From Squalus acanthias (Eukaryota), in assembly GCA_030390025.1 (NCBI GenBank), contig CM059432.1, forward strand, positions 12,152,001 to 12,216,000: a stretch of DNA of 64,000 bases, written 5' to 3'. A program made the translations under genes and the position numbers. The notes under the pieces were generated by a model. The model was not told the DNA's origin. It worked only from the letters and a program-made list of their open reading frames with translations, and did no database searches. Numbering within the stretch: position 1 is the stretch's first letter; each line of letters starts with the position of its first letter. This document shows positions 13,492-23,869 of this stretch, in pieces.

Positions 13492-13697
13492 TGATGATGT
13501 GGAGATGCCGGTGTTGGACTGGGGTGGACAAATGTGAGAAGTCGCACAACACCAGGTTATAGTCCAACAGCTTTATTTGAAATCACAAGCTTTCGGAGCG
13601 CTGCTCCTTCGTCAGGTGAAGTCTTCACCTGACGAAGGAGCAGCGCTCCGAAAGCTTGTGATTTCAAATAAAACTGTTGGACTATAACCTGGTGTTG
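13492..13697. mobile_element. Penelope-like-element-derived fold-back insert with hammerhead cores
   Basis: Palindrome 13544-13700 with one mismatch; 13-bp TSD tgcatcaaatata; CTGACGA-stem-GAAA on both strands. Confidence 0.75.
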
Positions 13698-13818
13698 TGC
13701 ATCAAATATAAACAGTAGATTTACAGTAAATACAACATTTACTATTCCTGCACGGAATATTGAAAATAAAGTCCTTTCTCCTGCGCTAACCCTCAGACTA
13801 AACTGTAGCAGAAGCTAT

Positions 13819-14474
13819 GGGCTCGATTTTGCCAGGCCCGAGGAGGCGGGAATGGAGGCGTGTGGGGTGTTAAAATTGCAAAAAATGGCGGGCGGGCCCG
13901 ACCCCGGTTCCATCCCGCCTCCGAGCAATTTTCCCAAATGCGTGGTTTCTGATCTCCAAGAGGCGGGATAGGCCCTTAATAACCACTTAATTGCCTCTAT
14001 AATCCCATTTTGAGAGGCCTTTCTGATTTTAACACTTTTCCGACGTGATGCACGCCTCCTCTGAAACATGACGGTGAAACCTGGCGGTAGCACACTTGGA
14101 TTGCTGACTATCAGCTGCAGCTCCAACATTAAAAAGGAGATTTGATCAATCATCATTCTTGGTGGTGGTGGTGGTAAAAATCTGGGAGCAGACTTAGGTC
14201 TCCTGCTGCTCATTTTGCCTCCAGGTCCCTCTCACAGCAAAGGCCAAAAGGTTGGCAATCTTTGCAGACCTTAAATGCAGCAGCAATGATGACATCATCA
14301 GAGGCGACTTTTAGACTGAAAAAAACAATTGGGTCATGGGTTCCCACATGCAGGAACTCAATTGCCCAATTAGGGGACAATCGCATAATTCTTCCACATC
14401 CAATTGGAGTCGGGTGTCTAACACGAAAAGCGGATGACACGACCCCAGCCCGCCCCAATGACAAAATCGAGCCC
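13819..14474. mobile_element. Harbinger-like MITE
   Basis: TIRs GGGCTCGATTTTG...CAAAATCGAGCCC; homologous to 7704-8459 on the reverse strand. Confidence 0.75.
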
Positions 14475-15436
14475 TTAGTCTCTGACTAAACTTATGTGGT
14501 AATTTATAGTGGACTGCACCACAGAGTCTCTGGACTGCTTTACAATGCTTTCAGAATAACTGCTGTCTAGCAGGAAGTCAGCCTCAGATAGATTGAAATC
14601 CCTTTGAAGATATAATTTAATTTCTTTTATATCTGTTGATTTCAATTAGAAATGCCAATCAAACATACACCATAAAACGTACAAAAGATGTTTATATATA
14701 AATTGAATGGGTTGGACTCAACCTGGGGAATACATTATCCTGTGCCATCTGAATGCTTATTATTAAAAGCATTATGAAAGCATTTATGATCATGTAAACA
14801 GGTACTGAGTTCCAATTTACGTATGTATCAGACATTATCTGAGTCTGGCAATGGTTTGCATCAAAAATCCTGCTTATTTTTCTTTTAAGTGAATCTTGAT
14901 TTTGACCTGGCGTGTACTGCAACCCAAGGTGGAAGCAGATTCTATAGTAGTATTCAAAAGCGAACTAGATAAATACTTGAAGGGAAAAAATTACAGGGCT
15001 ATGGGGAACGAGCAGGGGAGTGGGATAGCTCTCCCAAACGGCCGGCACAGGCACGATGGGACATAAGAACATAAGAAATAGGAGCAGGAATAGGTCACCT
15101 GGCCCCTCCAGCCTGCTCCGCCATTCAATAAGATCATGGCTGATCTTGGGCTCAAAGCCACTTCCCTGCCCGCTCCCCATAACCCTTCACACCCTTATCT
15201 TGTAAAAATCTGTCTATCTCCACCTTAAATGTATTTAATGACCCAGCCTCCACGGCTCTCTGAGGCAGACAAATGGTCTCCTTCTGTGCTGTATCATTTT
15301 ATGATTCTAAGAAACACAAAATAATAGACAAAAAAGCTTATCTTTCATCACAATTACCTAGATCCTTCATTTCAATTATACTTGGGGGGGGGGAAAAAAA
15401 ATGTTTTGGCTCCTCACTCTTGTTCACATCTTCCAG

Positions 15437-15611
15437 GTGAATGTTCATGAGTTAGAACTACAGCTTGTGACATCAAAGCAAAGAATTCAGCAACTGGAAG
15501 ACACTCCCACAGGGAGAAGGCGAAGGACTCCAACGCCAGACCAGGGCTCTGCATCTCACCAACGCAGGTCTGGTGGCAGGAAAGGTTGCTCACCTGACTG
15601 CATTCACATTG
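15437..15611 (+). CDS. CEP290-C-terminus-like gene, exon D
   Basis: Acceptor cttccag; VNVHELELQLVTSKQRIQQLEDTP...GRKGCSPDCIHI. The donor gtgagg at 15612 gives the phase 1 needed by the next exon; the 3' boundary is less certain. Confidence 0.7.
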
Positions 15612-15695
15612 GTGAGGCTTCAACTGAATGTTTTCCCTCTTGCAGATGTTAACTCGTATTGGGGTGTGGTTCCACAGGCACTGGCTCAAGTGGCC

Positions 15696-16230
15696 ATTCC
15701 TGGGATGAGAGGGTTGTCCTATGAGGAGAGATTGAGCAGATTGGGCCTACAGTCTCTGGAGTTTAGAAGAATGAAAGGTAATCTCATTAAAACATATAGG
15801 GGGAAAAATTGAGTCGCGCCCTCTTAGTGCGCTAACAGGAGGCGCAAGGCAACCGAATTTTTCCCCCATAAGATTCCGAGGGGGCTTGACAGGATAGATG
15901 CTGAGAAATTGTTTCCCCTGGCTGGAGAGTCTAGAACTAGGGGGCATAGTTTCAGGATAAGGGGTCAGCCTTTTAAGACTGAGATGAGGAGGAATTTCTT
16001 CACTCAGAGGATTGTGAATCTTTGGAATTCTCTGCCCCAAAAGGCTGTGGATGCTCAGTCATTGATTATATTCAAGGCTGAGATAGATAGATTTTTGGAC
16101 TCTAGGGGATTCGAGGGATATGGGGATCGGGCGGGAAAATGGAGTTGAGGTCAAAGATCAGCCATGATCTTATTGAATGGCGGAGCAGGCGCGAGGGGGC
16201 CGCATGGCCTACTCCTGCTCCTAATTCATG
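15696..16230 (+). mobile_element. CR1 3' fragment containing a 69-bp MITE (15799-15867)
   Basis: Reads GMRGLSYEERLSRLGL and RRNFFTQR; the insert has perfect 12-bp TIRs and an ATA TSD. Confidence 0.85.
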
Positions 16231-17681
16231 TGTGGACGGAGTGCTGGCAAACTTTTCAACTGTGAGGGCGAATGGGGTATCACAGGCAAAGGTCTCCTCC
16301 TGGTCTCGCCTGATGACATCCACACTTTCTGACGGGAGTCATTTGACTGGTGATCAGGAATGGGAATGCTAGCTGAGAATTTCCCCCCCGCCTCCTCCTC
16401 CTCAAGCCTTAAGGGCAATGAGGCCATTTGTGGCACCCCGTTATCACCCAGGCTGTGATCAGCTAACTCAGCATAGACCATGGACCGAGCCTTGGATCTT
16501 TTCTGGTCTATATGGCTTAGCAGCACATTAATCCACTGAGTCATTTCTAGAAATTCAGCTGAATTGAACCTTTATAAAGGTACGCTATGCAATTTATGCA
16601 AACTTTTAGATGTATTTACATTCTATGGCAGCGTAAGAAACTGTGGAGTGAAATAAGGTTGTTTGGCCCAACAAGCCCACTTCTGCAGACCATGTGCCTA
16701 ATCCATCCCACTACTTAACCTGAGGAGAAGTTCTATATAATTTCTCCCTGGTCAGCAACGGTAATTGCAGGGACATAGGGAAAGAGCAGGGGAGTGGGAC
16801 TAACTGGATTGCTCTTCGAAAGAGCTGGCGCTGACTCGATGGGCCGAATGTACTAGTCTATGATTCTATATGTATTCATTGGTATGTCCCCATTTTCCCA
16901 CTTTTGAGTGGTGCATTCAATAAGAACACTGTCCACATCTTTTGGGTCTGGATGAATCTAGCACACAATGCAGGGACGAAAGTCCCTTTTTCTGCCAGAT
17001 GTCAGGCTCCTGAAAGAAACAACATTTTGGACACTTTGAAACCAGTTCCTAATGGGCGTGCATCCCAAACACAAAACTGTCCAGAAGTGGGCTGCAATAT
17101 CCAAACCAATTCAATCAGACCGTAAGGATATCTGGTATGAAAATTGGAAATGTTGCACTGTGGCTTTTTTGAGGTTGGTGTTAAAGGCACACTGTTGGGG
17201 AGAAATTTCCTCTGCAACTAACGTGCAAGTATCTGATGTTGACATTGAGTTCTATTTTCCAGCTCTGATATCCTTCACCTTGTACAAAATGAAAAAGAAG
17301 TTTAAAAACTAAAGTGGGATACAAATTTAATTTTCCCCATTACTGAGCTCCTAACCTCAGCTAACTTTGTTGTAGCAAAGCTCCAAGAGGTGGTCGGACA
17401 CTTGAATTCAGAGATGGGATCAGAGAGAGACTCATTCCCGGGATGGCTCTCGTGCTTCATAGGACCAGTTCAGAGTGGGTCTTGCTCTCACTTGGTGTGT
17501 GGGAGAAAGAGCTGAGGAAAATCTTTTAAAAAGGGACTCACAAAAAAAATACAATCAACATGCTGGCAACCACCAACAGAGCCTTCTACTGTGGACAAAG
17601 AACATTTCAGACTGTTTCAGCAGGTTATACCTTCTGCGTTTGCAATCCTGTAATTTACGTTTAATATTTGTGGTTTTCTAG

Positions 17682-17776
17682 AGCTGTTGTTCGAGATAGA
17701 AAGGCTGCAAAAGGAAAGGGACAGACTGACAAAGGAGAAAAGAAGCCTGAAAAATGAGCTGGCTGGACTAGACCAG
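17682..17776 (+). CDS. CEP290-C-terminus-like gene, exon E
   Basis: Acceptor ttttctag, donor gtact; (E)LLFEIERLQKERDRLTKEKRSLKNELAGLDQ; phase 1 to 0. Confidence 0.85.
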
Positions 17777-18005
17777 GTACTGACTGATGTTTCACAAGTG
17801 ATTTGCTGCAGACATTATTTAGTTGAGCGGTCTTCCACATCTGTCAGTTTATTTTACGCGCATTGTACCAGTCCATGCACGTGGGTTGCGCTCATGACTT
17901 CCCGCTCTCGGTGATCCACCGCTCCTGCAATCTATTTAAGTAGCCATTTTACTTCCCTCCCTTCTACAATCTTTTGCTTTTAAAACCCATCATCTAATCG
18001 CTACT

Positions 18006-18230
18006 ACAAAAGCAAATTACTGCGGATGCTGGAAATCTGAAATAAAAACAGAAAATGCTGGAAATACTCAGCAGGTCAGGCAGCATCTGTGGAGAGAGAG
18101 AGAAACAGAGTTAACGTTTCAGGTCGATGACCTGACGAAAGGGTCATCGACCCGAAACGTTGACCCTGTTTCTCTCTCTCCACAGATGCTGCCTGACCTG
18201 CTGAGTATTTCCAACATTTTCTGTTTTTAT
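18006..18230. mobile_element. Penelope-derived fold-back insert
   Basis: Inverted arms, 14-bp TSD atctaatcgctact, and CTGACGA-aa-GGGTC-atc-GACCC-GAAACGTT core. Confidence 0.75.
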
Positions 18231-18807
18231 ATCTAATCGCTACTTCCTGACTTAACCTTTTCTTCCACTTTTTCTGTATTCCTTCACCTTGGACCTAAGT
18301 TTCTCAACTTAAAAAAAACCTTTTAAAAGCAACTTTTGCACAGTTACTTTGATGAAGATATAAATGATGAAATAAGTACCTGTTGAGCGCCTGTTTAATA
18401 CTGTGTCTAATCCAATAATGATGAGTCACCTTGTAGTTCAGCTGTTGCTATGAATGTGGTTAGGCTATAAATTGCCTGGATTTCATTGCATTTGTGGTAT
18501 TTAGCAGGACATGATACTTTACTGCCTGACTATTAACCACTTCTGATCAGATTCCAACCCACATTGATCCCAATAGAATATCATTTACGTTTCATTTTGT
18601 GTGGGAACAAGGATTGTGTGGTATCAAGATATACAGTAGTTCTATTTAATATCCAAAACTATATTATGCTGGCATTTCAATCTGGGAGGGATTTTTTTTG
18701 TCACTTCATGTTCAGTACAATAAATATGTTAAGACATACATTTTTAATGTGATTTCCTGATAATTACATTTCCTTGACTAAGTTTATGTTTTGCCTGTGC
18801 GTTATAG

Positions 18808-18954
18808 GGTTTCTTTGAAGAAATTGAAGATCTAAAGTATGCTGTGCAAGAATCTACTAAACTGAATAAAGAATATGAAAAGTGTCTACGAAAAGTGTGT
18901 GAAAAATATGGACTTCCATTTCCGCAACCATCCCATCCAGTGGCCACAAAGTGA
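18808..18954 (+). CDS. CEP290-C-terminus-like gene, terminal coding exon
   Basis: Acceptor gttatag; GFFEEIEDLKYAVQESTKLNKEYEKCLRKVCEKYGLPFPQPSHPVATK-stop. FFEEIEDLKY matches the recalled CEP290 C-terminal motif. Confidence 0.85.
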   Translation, partial: GFFEEIEDLKYAVQESTKLNKEYEKCLRKVCEKYGLPFPQPSHPVATK

Positions 18955-20996
18955 AAAAAATTGAATTCATAGTGAATCAGATTAACCTTTTTGTTTTTAT
19001 GTACAAAAATTGTCATTTTTAGTATTTAAGGAGTCGCATCATGTTGGCGTGTGGACATGCTATGTGATATGGTGATAGTAAAGCAATTTAAACCAATGGA
19101 AAGTTACTTATCTAGGCTGGGCTGTCAAGCGGACAGCAAGCAAAAACTAGATCTCCTTCCTCATTGAAAAGGAGGAAACATTGGTGGACAATTCAACCCA
19201 CTTTGTGGTTGGGTACCTCCTAGCAACGTTGGCAAAGGCCTGTGACTGATTACTCTCCAACCCTCTTGCAGGGAAATATGTAGATGAACTAAATAAAACA
19301 AATGGAGTTAGCCAGAGTAGGAGACGGGGCAGGACTGAAAGCAAACAGTCTATTTTACAGCAAACAGATTCAATTTTGCAGCAGAGTCTATATTGCAGCA
19401 AACAGAGTCTACTTTACAGCAAACAGTATCTATTTTCTTAGCACAGTCTATTGAAAGGGTCTGTATGAACTACAGCAAAAAGAACTCATGAACAAACTAC
19501 AGCAGAGTCTCCCGATAAAAGCAGGGTGAATTCTCCAGCAAAATACAGTGAGTTAATGATAGTTACATAATACAAATTACGTGCGTAAAATCAATCCCAG
19601 TCACTTACAGCAGTGCGGTCTCCAGGCGTGATTGATGGGGGAATTACCCAATCATCTCCACTCTGGCCGGGACTTGTAACGTCACTATATGCGGCCTAAA
19701 TCAAATGTTGGGAGAATTTTGTGTTTTTTCTAATAAAATGTTGAAGTAATTATTTGGGTTATTTTAAGTCTATTTAAAAAAAGATGAACCTTCAGTGGCA
19801 GCACTAGAAAGTAGTTGCTCCAGAAGCAGCCTGACAGTCAAGCTTGTGACTCAGACCACTGACAGAGGTTATGTCTTGGGTGCAAAACATAATAGATGCT
19901 AACAGCAATGGGGACATTTTATGGGTACATTAAAATACATTGTGCAAATTGTTTGTCCGTGTACATATTTGTGTTACAGGTTGCACCCATTGTTAGTCAT
20001 CTAGCAAAAGAAAAACATTGCTAGCCAAAAACAGTTTAAAAAAAAAAAATATTTGGAGCAATTTAGGTCACAAATATAAGACAAGTCACTAATAAATCCA
20101 ATAGGGAATTCAGGCGAAACTTCTTTACCCAGAGAGTGGTTAGAATATGGAGTAGTTGAGGTGAATAGCACAGATGCTATTACTTAATTACTTGAAGGAG
20201 TAAAAATTGCAGGGGAGTGGGAAAACTGGATTGCTCTTCGAAAGAGCCGGTGCAGACTCAATGGGCCGAATGGCCTCCTTCTGTGCTGTACTATTCTCTG
20301 ATTCTATGGGGAAGCTAGATAAGCACATAAGGGAGATAGGAATAGAAGGATATGCTGATGGAGTTAGATGAAGTAGGGAGGGAGGAGGCTCGTGTGAAGC
20401 ATAAACACCGGCATGGACCTGTTGGGCTGAATGGCCTGTTTCTGTGCCGTACATTCTATGTAATTCTATATAATTTGATTGGTTTGCTATCTTCATTCTT
20501 TTATTGTTACCTGTTGCTGACTGCCCATTGTTTACTCATAGTGCTTTGAATTTCATGATTGAGTGTTTCATTTTTGCTTACTCCTTTCTGATTAGTATGT
20601 TGCCAACCTGTTGAGTTCAAATTAGTTGTTGATTTATGAATATGTAATTTGAGCCAATCAGACAAAAGTGTGACACATGAATCTTGCCTAAAATGTGACG
20701 GACGCTAAAGCGTGGTGGACAATGCGCACTAGCTCCATAAACCAGCTTATGTTGAGTCAGAGGCTACGCTATTGTGGTGGTGGTGGGGGAGGGAGGTGTA
20801 GCGAGTTGCTAGGAGATGAAGGTTTGGTGAGAGTTCTGCCCAAAGACAATACAGTAAGTATTTCTGATTGCTTCCTGGAAAGTGAATGAGTGATCTGCAC
20901 ACCCACTGCAGCGACATAAATAAACCTGTTTTGTAAACAATTAGTGTAATACTGCAGGATTTGGGGGATTGCTGGGCCAGGTACAGCTGTTACCTT

Positions 20997-21221
20997 AGCA
21001 AAATACTGCGGATGCTGGAAATCCGAAATAACAACAGAAAACACTGGAAAAACTCAGCAGGCCAGGCAGCATCCGTGGAGAGAGAAACAGAGTTAACGTT
21101 TCAGGTCGAAGACCTTTCGTCACCTGACGAAGGGTTTCGACCTGAAATGTTAACTCTGTTTCTCTCTCCACGGATGCTGCCTGGCCTGCTGAGTTTTTCC
21201 AGCGTTTTCTGTTGTTATTAT
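20997..21221. mobile_element. Penelope-derived fold-back insert
   Basis: Inverted arms, 12-bp TSD agctgttacctt, and a CTGACGA...GAAA core. Confidence 0.75.
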
Positions 21222-21239
21222 AGCTGTTACCTTCTTCAG

Positions 21240-22038
21240 CTGAGGGTGGTGAATCTTTGGAATTCTCTACCCCAGAGTATTTTTTAAATGGTGAGAGATT
21301 GGGAAATGTTGGTGTTCAGAGGAACCTGGGTGTCCTTGTACACGAATCACAGAAAGTTACCGTGCAGCTACAGCAAGCAATTAGGAAAGCAAATGGTATG
21401 TTGGCCTTTATTACAAGAGGATTTGAGTATAAGAGTAGCGACGTCTTACTGCAATTATATAGGGCCCTGGTGAGACCACACTTGGAGTATTGTGTACAGT
21501 TTTGGTCTCCTTACCTAAGGAAGGATATACTTGCCATAGAGGGAGTGCAACGAAGATTCACCAGACTGCTTCCTGGGATGGGGGGATTGTCCTATGAGGA
21601 CAGATTGAGTAGACTAGGCCTATATTCTCTGGAGTTTAGAAGAATGAGAGGTGATCTCGTTGAAACATACAAAATTCTTACAGGGCTTGACAGGGTAGAT
21701 GCAGGGAGGATGTTTCCCCTGGCTGGGGAGTCTAGAATCAGGGGTCACAGTCTCAGAATAAGGGGTCAGCCATTTAGGACTGAGATGAGGAGAAATCTCT
21801 TCACTCAGAGGGTGGTGAATCTTTGGAATTCTCTACCCCAGAGGCTGTGGAGGCTCAGTCGTGGAGTATATTCAAGACAGAGATCGAAAGATTTTTGAAT
21901 ATTAAGGGAATCAAGGGATATGGGGATAGTGCAGGAAAGTGGAGATGAGGTAGAAGATCAGCCATGATCTTATTGAATGGCGGAGCAGGCTCGAAAGACC
22001 AAATGGCCTACTCCTGCTCCTATTTCTTACGTTCTTAT
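21240..22038 (+). mobile_element. CR1 LINE 3' fragment
   Basis: ORF 21257..21898 encodes the CR1 RT C-terminus; typical 3' UTR and tail follow. Confidence 0.9.
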
Positions 22039-22214
22039 GACACAATGATAGGTCTGGGAAAAATATCAACTCAAACCCTTGGTATTTCAGATAGGCAGAG
22101 TTCTCAAGTAAAACATTGATGAAGCTACAGAAACCTACAGTACATAATTTCATGAATAATTTTAATCGTGCTATTATGCAATTTGTCAATTTTAATGGTG
22201 CAAGACATATCAAT

Positions 22215-22795
22215 CCATATCAATGACTTAGCTGAGGGGACCGAATGTAAAATATCCAAGTTTGCTGACGATACAAAGCTAGATGGGAAAGTAAGCGGCT
22301 GCAAAGGGATATAGACTGGGTAAGTGATTGGGCAATAAGGTGGCAGATGGAGTATAATGTGGGGAAGTGTGAAATTATCCACTTTGGTAGGAAGAATGGA
22401 AAAGCAGAATATCTTTTAAAAGGTGAGAGACTAGTAAATGTTGGTGTTCAGAGGGATTTGTGGATCCTTGTACACGAATCAAGAGAGTTAACATGCAGGT
22501 ACAGCAAGCAATTAGAAAGGCAAATGGCATGTTAGCCTTTATTGCAAGGGGGTTGGAGTATAAGAGTAAGGAAGTCTTGCTGCAATTGTACAGGGCTTTG
22601 GTTAGACCACACCTGGAGTACTGTGTACAGTCCCCTTACCAAAGGAAGGATATACCTGCCTTAGAGGGGGGTGCAACGAAGGTTCACTAAATTAATTCCT
22701 GGGATGAGTGGGCTGTCCTTTGAGGAGAGATTGAGTAGAATAGGCTGATATTCTCTGGCGTTTAGAAGAATGAGGTGATCCCATTGAAACGTATA
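22215..22795 (+). mobile_element. Degenerate CR1 RT fragment
   Basis: Frameshifted frames MEYNVGKCEIIHFG and KANGMLAFIARG. Confidence 0.85.
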
Positions 22796-22796
22796 A

Positions 22797-23730
22797 ACTC
22801 AGCAGCTGTGGAGAGAGAGAAGCAGAGGTAATGTTTTAGGTCGGTGACCGTTCGTTCATCAGAACTGGAAAAAGTTATAGATGTAACGGGTTTTAAGCAA
22901 GTACAGAGGCAGGGAAATGGGGGGAGGGGAGGAAAGAACAAAAGGGAAGGCCTGTGATAGGGTGGAAGGCAGGAGTGATTAAATGACAAAAGGGGGTGGT
23001 AATGGGACAAGTAAAGAAACAAAAGATGGGTCTAGAGGAGGTGTAAATGGCAACAGCAGAACCATTACCAGCACCTGCTGTCTGAAAAAAATGGGGTCAG
23101 TGGTTATGATCTACAATTGTTGAACTCAATGTTGAGTCCAGAAGGCTGTAAAGTGCCTAATAGAAAGATGAGGTGCTGTTCCTCGAGTTTACGTTCAGCT
23201 TCATTGCAGAGGAGTTCTCCCCAGTGTCTTGGCCAATATCTATCCCTCAATCAACATAATAAAAACAGATTATCTGGTCATTATCATATTGCTGTTTGTG
23301 GGAGCTTGCTGTGTGCAATTTGGCTGCCGCGTTTCCTACATTACAACAGTGATTACACTTCAAAAGTACTTCATTGGCTGTAAAGCGCTTTGGGACATCC
23401 GGTGGTCATGAAAGGCGCTAAATAAATGCAAGCTTTTCTTTCTTAACAGTGTAGGAGGCTGAGGACAGAGAGATCAGAGTGGGAGTGGGGCGCAGAATTA
23501 AAATGACAAACGACCGGAAGCTCAGGGTCTCGCTTGCAGACTGAACGGAGGTGTTCCCCAAAGTGGTTACCCAATCTGCGTTTGGTCCCTCCAATGTAGA
23601 GGAGACTGCATCATGAGCAGTGAATACAGTATACTAAATTGAAAAAAGTACAAGTAAATCGCTGTTTTGCCTGGAAGGAGTGTTTGGGGCCCTGGATGGT
23701 GGGAAGGGAGGACATAAAAGGGCAGGTGTT
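22797..23730 (-). mobile_element. Penelope-like element 3' part (GIY-YIG endonuclease end and terminal repeat), interrupted by a SINE tail at ~23208-23445
   Basis: Minus strand near 23120-23200 reads LEEQHLIFLLGTLQPSGLNIEFN, a PLE endonuclease C-terminus. It is followed by the same terminal sequence found in the fold-back inserts. Confidence 0.7.
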
Positions 23731-23869
23731 TGACAAATCTGAGAGTTTTTTTTACATAAGAACATAAGAAATAGGAGCAGGGGTAGGCCATTTGGCCCCT
23801 TGAGCCTGCTCTGCCATTCAATAAGATCATGGCTGATCTTCTATCTCATCTCCACTTTCCTGCACTTCC

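Noticed and set aside
16999..17121. Possible extra exon of the coiled-coil gene (ag...gtaag, open frame)
   Set aside because: It is phase 2 to 2 and does not join exon E, which needs phase 1. Exon D ending at 15611 already joins in frame. It cannot be excluded as an alternative exon.
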